This document shows positions 39,301 to 51,400 of a stretch of 64,000 nt of DNA, piece after piece. The notes below the pieces were generated by a model that saw nothing but the letters and a program-made list of their open reading frames with translations, was not told the origin of the DNA and ran no database searches. The position numbers were made by a program, and so were the translations under genes. The stretch's first letter is position 1, and each line of letters starts with the position of its first letter. Source of the DNA: Marsupella aquatica (Eukaryota > Plantae > Marchantiophyta); the NCBI GenBank assembly GCA_973895155.1, contig OZ316897.1, forward strand, positions 1,987,312 to 2,051,311. Direction: 5' to 3'.

Positions 39301-41999
39301 CAGAAACCAAGACTGTATTTATGATGGTCGACCCTATGATGGAATGGGCCATTTTGATACACGTTCATAACATTTACTGAGTTTGAGAGTCTCTTAACAG
39401 TGGGGCTAGTATGGGGTGTCTCTTCCTGTCAAAGGTAACTTGTCTTATAGGAAAGCATTAATCAAACAAGAACTTCTCTCCTCCAAATACAGTTTGAGCC
39501 ATAATCCAAATCTGACTAATTTGCCGTGTTTCTTGAGTTGGACTGATGGACATTGGTTTGTTTTCAAGTATATTTCTCATCTCAAGGTGATGTGCAACAA
39601 AATGAAATCCATGGCACCCAAAAACCCTGGTTACAACTACAATCACCAGATGGGTTGTTGTAACCCCATCAGTTATAAGTTGTCAGTATCAGATATTAGT
39701 CGCTCCCATCAGTTGTTCAAGTGTGGAACCTTCTTACTCAGTGGGGCTCTGGGTTAAAAAAGTGATTGAGTAAGGTTAGCCAGATGGATTTTCCTTATTA
39801 GTTTTAACTTGGCGAGTCTATCGAGCCGGAGAGGAAATTTCCAACTTGATGAGGCCGTCATGTGCCAAAATTAACTCAGCAATGCCAAATGGAAAATTTC
39901 CAGCTCAACAATACGGCCTAGAGGAAAACGTTGACTGCCAAAATCATGTCTGAATTCACGAGACCACCAAGCTTCACTGATAAGGATGAATGATAATTTA
40001 TGTGGTTAACAACCTCAGAGAGATGGGTCTCATTGTGTCAACAAGTTGTGTCACTTGAGTGCATAATTATGGAACTTGGGAGCCTGCATTCTCGTCCCCG
40101 GCTTGGTCGTAGGGAGGATGAGCACTCCTTGATGGACGATTTCATATTGCCTCTCTTCGAAGACTCCCCTCTTGCTGATTCCTTTAATAGGGTGTCTCAA
40201 ACCTCAATATTTGATGGAGGTTAGGGCAGGCAAAGTCATGAACTAGCAAATTCATGGTCCATAATATTATTCCATAAAGATTGGTCATGTGCCATGACCA
40301 TATTAAGCAACTATAGAGGCTAGTCAAAAGAACTTTTACAATAACCTGTGAAAAAGCTATGGCCATTTGTTTTTGGCCAAATGCCATCATCTGTAACTAT
40401 GAAACTTTGAAACACTATTATAGGCATGTCAAAACAGGGTCGTAAGTGAGGTATGGACAAAGACATAAAATAGCTTTAAGGCCGGGACAAAAACCACAAA
40501 AGCTACCTATATCAGTGCACAGTGACAGCCAAATTATTCCAACCATAAAACCTTGATTATGGCAGTGCTTTGACACACCCTAATTTTTACCTTTGATTTG
40601 GGATCCTATCTCCAGTTTGGCACTTTTGTCCCTTTGCATTTTGTTGTATATTTGGCATTTTGCACTTAGTTGTATATTTCACAACACCAAAGAACAAAGG
40701 GGCCAAACCAAGAGACATGGCCCCAAAGGCAAAGTATTCTTCTTCTGGTCCTCCAAGGGCACCTCGGGGCTATTTGCTCTGTTGAGCTACCGCCAAGACC
40801 TAACCATTATCCTAACAAATCAGATGTGCTCTTGGGTCACTTTCATACCACCAGCCGCCACTCCCATACCCCCACGGAAATGAATTTCATGTATGGGGCT
40901 ATATTCCCACTAGGCACTGCATTTAATAGTAGCATAAAAAAACCCAATGAAGGGGGAAAGGAAAAGGCCCCCAATGAGACCAAAGAGGCCCCACAAAAGG
41001 AGTGAAGTTAAATGATAGAAACATGGATTGCTATTGCGGCACTGATTTAAATCGAGAAGAGACTCTCAGGGTCAGATTTGGTTTTGCTTACATGACGATG
41101 AGTTCTTACAGTCAAGGAAGCCATGGACTGCACTGAACGATGAAGGCCTTGGATGGAATCCGTGAGTGGGAGCGTGTCAGCAAGCTTAATGGATACCGGA
41201 GGAACAAGCATGCTGCAGAAATTGTCCTGATAGAGGTTGGCCCGTCCTCTGTCCGAGGACTGATGATTTTGCTCCAGGAGGATATCAAAATGTGATATTG
41301 CTGATCTTCTTCTGGGTCTTTTCTAAGTGAGAGACATCTTTTGGGTCAAGAGAGAGATCGATAGAAACTTGTGTCCATACACATAGTATCACACCCTGAT
41401 ATAACTCAGGACCGATTGTTACTGACGACATAGCATTCCGAAATCCACAATTTATTCTTCAGTTGCGCGCATCGCCCATACTTATACTCATATCCATACA
41501 CATATCATATAGATGGTAATAGCATACACATAATTTCTTATATGCCGATCGCTGTTCAATTTAATAAATGTACACTAGTAGATGTTAATCCATAGAATCA
41601 TCACTCACAGATATCATACACAGCGACATTCATCATACCCGTAAATCACTGGATCATTCGTAGCTTCCCATTATCATTAAAAGTAAATCCAGTGTATCCA
41701 TTTACACATGCGATTTTTTGATGAGTGACAGCTTACTCCAATGTCTAGTCAGAGACATTAAGCATGGGCCATACTCTGTCCCTAGGGATCACGTGACTGA
41801 AGTGATCCACATCCCCTGTGCCTTCATTCAGCCCCCGTCACAGGGTAGAAATAATGTGGTAAAAACAAAATCTCATGTCCCATGTTTCTGTAGCATTGTC
41901 CGGACGGCTACGGGGAGACATGGGCTAGGGATAGATTAGTCACTTCATCCTAAGCATCTATTTTACTAGAGCGATGACACTATGAGCAACTTCATAGGT

Positions 42000-42793
42000 C
42001 AGAAAGCATTAGATATGAACATTTTCCCATACTTAGTCACATATTGTACCTGTTTATTTTTATCACCCATTGGATTCTACTGAATCCTGCACAGTCTACA
42101 CCTTTCCTCCTTCACAGAAAGCATTAGATATGAACATTTTCCCATACGTAGTCACATATTGTACCTGTTTATTTTTATCACCCATTGGATTCTACTGAAT
42201 CCTGCACAGTCTACACCTTTCCTCCTTCACAGAAAGCATTAGATATGAACATTTTCCCATACGTAGTCACATATTGTACCTGTTTATTTTTATCACCCAT
42301 TGGATTCTACTGAATCCTGCACAGTCTACACCTTTCCTCCTTCACAGAAAGCATTAGATATGAACATTTTCCCATACGTAGTCACATATTGTACCTGTTT
42401 ATTTTTATCACCCATTGGATTCTACTGAATCCTGCACAGTCTACACCTTTCCTCCTTCACAGAAAGCATTAGATATGAACATTTTCCCATACGTAGTCAC
42501 ATATTGTACCTGTTTATTTTTATCACCCATTGGATTCTACTGAATCCTGCATTCTACACCTTTCCTCCTTCACAGAAAGCATTAGATATGAACATTTTCC
42601 CATACTTAGTCACATATTGTACCTGTTTATTTTTATCACCCATTGGAATCCTGCACAGTCTACACCTTTCCTCCTTCACAGAAAGCATTAGATATGAACA
42701 TTTTCCCATAAGTAGTCACATATTGTACCTGTTTATTTTTATCACCCATTGGATTCTACTGCATCCTGCACAGTCTACACCTTTCCTCCTTCA
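42000..42793. repeat. Recent tandem array of seven ~115-bp units
   Basis: Unit cagaaagcattagatatgaacattttcccatacgtagtcacatattgtacc...cctttcctccttca starts at 42000, 42115, 42230, 42345, 42460, ~42573 and ~42678. The copies are almost identical. Confidence 0.97.
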
Positions 42794-43183
42794 CGATCTG
42801 TGAACAGGTTGAAGCTGATCCTTGCCAGAGCTGGCACAAGCTTGCTACAGTGTTTTATGCAACATCACAGACCTCAGTGTGTGGTGTTTTTTGCATAGCG
42901 TAGCATGTAATTCAGGAGACACTGGGCACAAACAACCGACTCAAGAAATGACAATGCCGTTGCTTTGGCGGCGTTTTTAGGGTATTTTCCAGGGCCAAAC
43001 GTGGGCGCCTAGGGTTGTTGGGTCTACTCCGATAGCCCAGGTTTATGTAAACCAATATTGATGTATTAGGATTGAAGTGTTATGGGGGTCATGCCCTCCC
43101 ATATGACAAAGTCCAGACTTACATCCACATCCCATTTAGTTTCCGAGGGTTGTCACCATTCGTCTTCCATGTTCCTCTCAAGA

Positions 43184-43206
43184 TAGAGAGAGAGAGAGAG
43201 AGAGAG
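43184..43206 (+). repeat. (GA)n microsatellite abutting the PIG-H start codon
   Basis: tagagagagagagagagagagagATG. Confidence 0.9.
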
Positions 43207-43812
43207 ATGGGGGAACATCTCAAGTATCAGCAAAATGGGAAGACGTTGTCATACATCTGTGAAAGCTCTGGAAGTTCCCTCGTCAAAAGGCACAGAATCA
43301 CCGTGAGTTGGAAGAAATGGAGCAGCACCCGCCAATGCGTCGTGCTTGTGCTTCTGCTGGTCTGTTTTAGTTTCGGTTTCACTCTGGTGGAGAGCGGGGC
43401 AGCAGAAATCCTCTGGCCGCTGCTTGTGCTGGGATGTCTGTTGTTCCTTTGGGCAAGGAGGAGAAGAGTGGTGGAAGAAGTGATAGTGGTGATGCCCACC
43501 TTGGGTGTGCAATTGGAAACCGTCTACTCTAGCAAGAAGGTGCATCGTCGATTCGTCCCTCTCGAGAAGATTGTGGCCCCCGTTATCAACGAGGCTGTCA
43601 GTCCTGTGACTTGTTACTTTTATCTCGCCTTGCTCCTGCGTGGGCAGGACGACCTTGAGCTCACTTTTCTTGGTCTTCGCCCACCTTTGAAGATGCTTGT
43701 TCCAATTTGGAGATCGCTCTGTGAAGCGTTTGGGCCCTCCGTGGTCAAACCCCTTGCCCCGGAGGAGACACGCGATGTACCTCTGAAAGCTGAAGTGGAG
43801 GTAGGGCTGTGA
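43207..43812 (+). CDS. PIGH: GPI-GlcNAc transferase complex subunit H (PIG-H/GPI15), single exon, 201 aa
   Basis: Two hydrophobic segments followed by EEVIVVMPTLGVQLETVYSS..VHRRFVP.EKI..PVINEAVSPVTCYFYLALLLRG..L.LTF..LRPPLKML.PIWR, the plant PIG-H signature. The upstream TTG start in the ORF track is unlikely. Confidence 0.9.
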   Translation: MGEHLKYQQNGKTLSYICESSGSSLVKRHRITVSWKKWSSTRQCVVLVLLLVCFSFGFTLVESGAAEILWPLLVLGCLLFLWARRRRVVEEVIVVMPTLGVQLETVYSSKKVHRRFVPLEKIVAPVINEAVSPVTCYFYLALLLRGQDDLELTFLGLRPPLKMLVPIWRSLCEAFGPSVVKPLAPEETRDVPLKAEVEVGL

Positions 43813-45475
43813 GGAAGATGGATCGATATTTCAGCAATGATCTCCTCTTACGGTGTACTCCCTTCAAATGTCAACTCTAGTTGGTAATCCCTGGAAATGA
43901 ATGGCGTTGATCACAATTTAGATGAACATAAATCTCATACTTGGGTCTGTGTGCATTTAGCAGTTTTGGGAGTAAGAGCCGAGCTAAGGTTGGGAAATGA
44001 AGAAAGCATCGCCGAATTGTGCTGCTTGATGACCATCAATTCTCCTTAGGTAGGATTCAGAAGTAGGCCAAGAATCCAGGATTCGAGTGTTCTCACACAG
44101 GAGTCCACACCTGTAAGATCTAGCACACCATTGAGGCAAGGGTTGCAGAATTGATACACACGAAAGACGGAAATTAGAATTTCAAGGTTTAGCTTCGGAA
44201 GTAGACATCGTCGGTGATCCGTTCGTGGGACATGAATATACTGAATGTTGAAAAAGCGTGGACAAAGGAAAGGTCCAACAGAATATAGGATGTCTCGTAA
44301 AATTATTTGAATTGAATCCTCAAGGTCAAATCAAAGAAGGTTGATACAAATGGCCGGCAAACTGTATGAACTACGACGTAAGAACTCTTCATATATTTCA
44401 CACAAAAAAACCATCTTATACAAATATGCTGACTGTTCAAACACAATCTGCAATGTCAATTTTTGGTAATAGATGTAACTGTTGAGTTTGTAGCTGGCAA
44501 CAAATCTGACAGACTCACTTATGGTTGACTTCATCGTTGCATAGCGTAGAGCAAATCATCAGGGACCGCTTGGTACGAGGACACGGGAAGTATAATTTCG
44601 TCTCAATTTAATCCCCCTGTTTACAGCCGTGCAAAGTCTTTCGGCGGGACAAAAGATTCCAATTCATGACATTAGGCCCACAAGTTCCATAGAGATGATC
44701 AGTGCCCAAGAAATCGTTCGACATTAGTAGACTCGAATGTAGATCTGGTGAAGATTCACACTGAATTATACAGACCGAACGTCTCGAACTAACAGAGCAA
44801 AAGTTGATCAATCTTGCGAGATTGAAGTTATTTTCTCTAGGAATTTGTCGAGGCTAACCTCGGACGCTAAACAAGAAGATAGCTTCAAAACTTTAAAAAA
44901 GTAACTAAAAATAGGAGATCGCTATGCTTAGAATCTTCTTCTAGAGGAATGCAACACTCGAGAACTGTACGATCCATTTGAAACCTCATTCTGTCGCTAA
45001 GAGTTGTTCTCCAAGAACGTTTTAACGCTCAAATCGTCATAGACAGCTCTCATTGTAATGACTATTCCGTAGCCTCGGGGCCGAACCACCAAGGACCAAT
45101 TATATTACACTGATGACAAAATTCTCATGCCCAACATTTTGACTCGGATGGAATTTGCCTGGTCCGTCATGCAGTTGACTGCTGTTGCTGCTAGTCATCT
45201 CCCAGATACAAGCGTTTGCGTGGATCAACAAAAAAATATTGATATGTCAAGGGGATTCATACGGCGCCAATACATCCTCTTTAGATCCATAATTACTACA
45301 GCAGCACTTTCATTTTAGTACAGCTGAACGAATCCAAATGGCAAGGAAAAGGAACATGGAGAATTGACAGGGAGCTGGTAACACCTAGTAATTCCCTCTA
45401 TGGTCAAAGAAGTAACAGATGCGGGGGATAAATTTTCTCAAAGCTGAAATGCTATCCACCCCAGTCACCACAGCA

Positions 45476-48400
45476 TCAAACCTTTCCCAGCAAGTGTGCA
45501 GCCCTTCTTGCAAGGTTGTGGAGGCCTGATGTGCCCTCTAGAGCAGGCAACACCTGTATACTTCGGCCCCAGGCATCATCTATTACATGGAGGAGTTTGA
45601 TGACTTTCTGCACAAGAAGAACCATCTGATACCTGCTAGAACTGCATTGATAAAAACCGAATCAGGATATCTACTAGATTCATCGGCTCGATGTTCACGA
45701 CTTCTACCTAGACTTCTAGCTGTGCTTTCTCAATGCTCACGAGTTCCCTCTCTGCTGGCACAACAACAGATATTGTGAACGAATTTTATGTGAACCTGCG
45801 AAAGGTTTTCCAATCAGACTGACATTCTGTGACCACAAAGCATCTCACAGCGGATGAGACAGGTAATGGAGAGTTTGGGTTAAAAATTTCTCTGAGGGAG
45901 AAGACTTCCACTGTTAATGGTCCTTCAGGCGAGCTCAACTTGAACAGATCAAAAAAGGAGCTTACATAATCTATGGTCAGAAAAATTTCTGCAAATCCTA
46001 GGGAATCAAGAGAGTCCTCCAACAGCGGTCCTTAGGCGCCTAGCCAATGCAATAATGGGAGGTGCACTATAGATAAAACATGTAGTAAGAGACAATTGCG
46101 TGATTTACTCACTTTACGTGATCAAAAGAGTTTTGTTCCACTGACTCCCGGCATTGTGAATGCACTGCAGCAACGGCACTTCCATCCAGCCGTATAGGGG
46201 GCTGTTTTGCCAAATACGGAAAAGATTAAAAGAAGGCAACATTAGGTGCTGGTGGTTAAGTAGTTTGATAAACAAAACCCTTGAAAGATAATAGGAGGGA
46301 CAAGATACATACACAATTAGAGCCTTGAAGATGCTCTACTTTCTTCCGTAGATTGCCCAATTTTTCCAGTGCCGTCCGCAATCTCTTCGGCGCATCATGC
46401 GCAATACAGGCCTGCTCGTGTATATCAGGCACATGAGCAAGGGAACACAAGTGATAGAAACCATAAAGACCATCGAGTCAGCAAGTACAGAGATGATCTG
46501 GTTCGGCTACTGCTTACTTTGTCACAAACAATGAGAATGATCATGAAAAGAAATTGTGGCATATTCCCCAAAAAGTATTATAGTTCTGGAATTTGTTTGC
46601 GCACATGTACCGTCAACAAGATGTACTGCTCCTTGCTATCCGGCTATATTCTCCCAATCTCTGGATAAATATTAAACTATGGCGAGTTAAACTGTCTGTA
46701 GAACAGACATACCTTGTTCACAGTTCCAGAGTCTTCAGATTCCGTCTCTCCGCCTGTGAATAAGAGTGCAGAGCAAATAGCTGCTAGTTCAGGTGCAGTT
46801 AATGGCTTGACTATGCTGGAGCTTAGTGCTTTTGCAAACCACAGCTCGTTCTCAACATGGTGAAGTTTTGAAATCTGCAAGTCAACAACAAAGAGAATAT
46901 TCAGCTCTTCCTCTAAACTGTTCAATTGAAGTCATTGTGCCTACACACGTTTGCTGGCAAAGCCAGCTTTGCACTAAAAAACATTGTCAACTGTCCGACG
47001 TATTGAAAACGATACGGCAATGACACCGAGGCCATGATTTATACTCAATGACCGTATAAACCTCGTCTGTCTATCCATTCTGCCCACATCTGCCTTCCAG
47101 ATCACGCACAGCATCAAAGAATAAAATGAGAAAGCTCACCAGAACTCCAAGAGGTTTGATAGTTGCAAATCCTGTATCTTTTGATGCCAAGTCCACAGCA
47201 TCGGCTTTCACCAGAATCTCGATTAATGCCTCTGATTTGGTCCATGTTGTGGTGGCTGAGCGGCACAGGTGAACGAGTTAAATTTCTTACGACATATTGA
47301 AGAGTCCCAAAAGGAGGGATGCTATTCATGAGGCTCAAAAACGACCACACAACTGAGGACTACGCAAAGTATGTGCTTGCAAGCGGGTCATAGAATCTTC
47401 GGCAACAAGGTCCACCATCGACGACCATTCAATCATCACAAGAGTAGTAGCAACATTTCACTCTGTAGAGACAAACTCCATTTTTTTAGAGGACTAAGAA
47501 GTTGGGGAGATACCCATTCAATGAAAAGCGTGATGAAAGCTTTTGGCAGAATACTGAATGGAATTCAAAATGTAACAAAACAAGGAGAACAATGAGAACT
47601 CACTGGTACGTTTCATCATCTCACGCTGCTGACACAGTGCAGACAATAACTCATCGCAGGATCTGATCTCTTCTCTGGAAATTGGCTCTGTGGACATTTA
47701 AAACAATGAATACATGTGAGGAAACACCTTCTTCTTTCACAGTAACTCCAACAAGCTCTTTGGCGAAAATCAGTGGTTTTGACAGACTTTCTATATAGAA
47801 ATCCATCAGTTTCAATGAGAAAATTGGAAGATTCATAGAAGTAACCCTCACCGTCATCTGTCTTGCGAACTTTGACTCCGTAATGAAGGAGAGCTTCAAC
47901 AACACGTGCACTTTCTGCAGTGCCTTCGGAAGTATATGCCAAGTAGTCTCCAGGCTGGATAAATTTTGACAAGTAACATCAAACACATCATCTTTAACTC
48001 ATGGCCATCATCATGACCATGTCCAATAACCCCGCAGCAACCTACTGAGTCATTTGAAGTCTAATAGACGAATATTCTAGAGAAAGAGGTTACACTCACA
48101 GATAATTTCCACTTCTCCTTCAATGGCAAAGGAGGAGCCCGAAGATTATGTCCTTTGGAACTTTTAAAGACAGCATCTAGTGGCTTTTGGTCGGTATATA
48201 CATGGTTCAAAGCACCAGCTGCCAAAAAAGGTGGACGAGAATTAATCCACGACCTTTCTCTCAGTTTCTTTCATTTCATACCACGTCTAAGAGTAATTCA
48301 TATTAATCAGACGTTGGGTAAGACAACAACATTGAGCACAAACCTGGCAGCAACCTGAAAATATTATCAGCACAGAGTATCACGTAAAGAAGCTTTGAAG

Positions 48401-51400
48401 GACCTGGAAGAACCTGCAATTAAATAGAATTTTCAAAACAATTACCCAAAAATACACACATACAAATAATAGAACTGAATTGAAACTTTAATCAACAGAT
48501 AAGCAAACACTGCTGCCGGGTGTTGGATACAGGTATCTGATGCAAAAAAGGTGCTTCGGCATGAGTTTGAAACTTACAGCACACAGAACCCCTGATAGAA
48601 CATCATCAGTCCCATGGGGATCGCTCATAGTGACTCGAACATCAACGTATGCAAAGATCGTGGCATCTTGTAGCTTCGTGGTGTTAAGTTTCTGTCGCTT
48701 CTGCAAAAACATATCATTGAGAAAGATATGAAATCCACTGCGTAAGTCTGGGTTAGCTAGTATGTGACTTTTTCCAGTGATTCCAGGGAGCATAGCCTTC
48801 TCCTTTCAATGGAAACAGAGAGAAGCCATCACCCAACGCAAGGACACCAACATAACTACTGTCAGGGAGACCTGTCGCGTGCCCAACAGCTGACAGTAAT
48901 ATAACCTATGATTAACGGGACAAGCGAGCACAAGAGTAGGGGCTTGCCTGAAATAGCTGTGACTCCAGATGTCCTTTGCGCTGTGTAGCATCTGAGATCT
49001 GGACTTCCAACTTCTTCAGCTCCTGATATGAAGTGAACACAAGCAGCGGAGTCAATAGTGCACTACTGGCCGGCCCCTGATTTTGAGAAAGAAATCAAAC
49101 ACACAATTTGAAAGGCTGGGGTTCAGAAGACCGGGGAAGATGTTGATTCAAGACTTTTCATACATTTCTTTCAATGTCTCCCAGATTTCAAGAACAATTT
49201 AAAGGGCAAAACTTGTCCAGAACTAAACCAGCTCGAAAATTGTTTTTGGAAGCTACTGGCCAAATTAAAATGCGAATACAGGACCGTGAGAAGTAAAAAG
49301 TGTTTTTCTTAGGTGTATCCCCGATATGTTATTATAATCTACAGGAAAGGAATCCAACTTTGTACCTGATATGCCACAACAGTGCCCATATATTTTTGAA
49401 GATAAGGAACAGCAGACACGCTAAAATACTAGGTAGAGTGCGTATAGAGTAAGGGGGCACCTCATCTGACTGCTTGTTAATGAGATATTCACCATAGTTA
49501 CGTTCGACGACTTGTCTGACCTGGAAAATGCAATACAGAGTCCTTCTGATTGTTTAGGATAGTATAAACAGTGAGAAAACAATCTCAATCAAGAAACAAG
49601 ACACATTCAATATTGACAGGTAGTTACGGAGCTATTCAAACTGAGGGAACCTAGCCAATGATTCACCCCAGGGTTACCTGGTTTAGTTCTGGATGTGCAC
49701 AGACCAAGTTCAGGATGCAGAGAGTACTAAATGGATTAAGTAGACTGAATCAGAGGAATAAACTAAGTTTAGGCTATGAAATATATCACTACCCTGAACT
49801 CCTGTGGGACACCCAAGGTTTAAGCAATAACTCAGCTCCTAAATACTGTGCAGAGGTCTGCACAAATTGAATCGTGAGCTTGATCCTGAGTGCCTACTTC
49901 TGCACCGTCATAGCACAAACAAAACGATTCTGATACCAGTAGAGCACAACTCTTGACGAAAAGTGCTGTGACTTCCTCATGGTAACTTCACAAAATGGCC
50001 GAAAGGTCAAACTGAGTTTTCTGACCACTAAGCTGAATCGACCCACATCAGAGAAGAGGTCAACGACAGGTTAACAGAGTTCAGACCTCTGGAAGTGTGT
50101 GCTTGCTCAGCAGATTCAATAGGAGACTGTACGATGGCTGGAAATGTGAATGAATAATTGAAGTACTGTCGATGTCCATCACCGCACCTTCTGTCGGCAA
50201 AGCACGATTCCCTCCAGCAAAAACCTGGAATGAAAGACATTGGTAAAACCTCTTCGAATGCAGATAAAGCTCGTCTTACTTGCTATAAATTATGGCGTTT
50301 GATAAGATGAAAAGATGACAAAGCTTGAAATTAAGTCTACTCATGTATCAAACGCATAATCTGTGATGAACCACAAAATGTGCTTCCCTACTAGACAACA
50401 GAAGGTGGGACATACCACATGTCCACAAGAATCACGTCCTCTTCTCCCAGCCTTTCCACATAGCTCTGTAAGGTCACTGCAAGAGACCAAGAGGTATTAT
50501 TGGATTGTGTGATGCTATTCAGATGTCAGTCTGAAACGAACTCTAGCAGCTAGTAACTTACGGACCGCTTGCAACCACCAAGGAGATGAGAATAACCAAA
50601 CGAATGAGCATTAACCAGACTAGGAAGCTTCTTGCCTTACTCGACTCAGAACTACTACAGGTTATAGGTACCTCTCAGTAAGGTTAAAACCACTGAGCCA
50701 TCATACCCGCTAGACATTAAGGATCTCCCTGACCCAGGCTTTCCTGTAATAGGACATAAAGCAACAGTCTTGAACGAAGTTCTCGTGCTAGACAGCATTG
50801 TATTTGTCCCAAGCACAATCTTCACCTGCATACAACAGCCACCACGTAGATATATTTGTGAAAGGCAAATATTAACGTCCACAATGGTAGAAAGTCCAGC
50901 TCAATCGTACAGGCATACATCCAAACAATCCAACTAAAAACAATAAAAGCATTCCTACCAGATTATCACGAACAAGTCCTTGCACGAATTCGGTCCACGA
51001 TGGCAATTGACCATCATGATACGAACAAATTCCTCGCGACAAACACTTTATGTCGTCCTCATTCACCTGGAACATTTTATATATACAGCAGAACTTATCA
51101 AACAGGTCAAGAGACGCGTATGCCATGGATCAGTTTTTCAAACCCAATAGGTTGAATAGCACTCTCACCTACAACAGTGCCTCAGAGCCCCATCTCGTTG
51201 CAACATCTCTCAACATCCAAAAAGTAAACAGATTTCACAAGGACAGGGCGATTAGCAAAAAGCAGATTTTAAGGGACTGTAGATGAGGATGCCTTACAAA
51301 GAGTTCAATTGTAGCATTTCCACTGAAGAAATGCTGTACACGCTCTTCAATACGTGCAACCTCTTCTGCCGAGATGTGTTCGTCCGCTATCACCTACACC

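Noticed and set aside
42000-42793. CRISPR-like array (also considered for 15678-16205 and 61121-61668)
   Set aside because: Units are head-to-tail copies with no unique spacers, there are no cas genes, and the context is eukaryotic.
42504-42803. 99-aa ORF
   Set aside because: It is a chance translation of the 115-bp tandem repeat.
43072-43206. 45-aa N-terminal extension of PIG-H from a TTG start
   Set aside because: It is non-ATG and translates the (GA)n tract. ATG 43207 gives a normal-sized protein.
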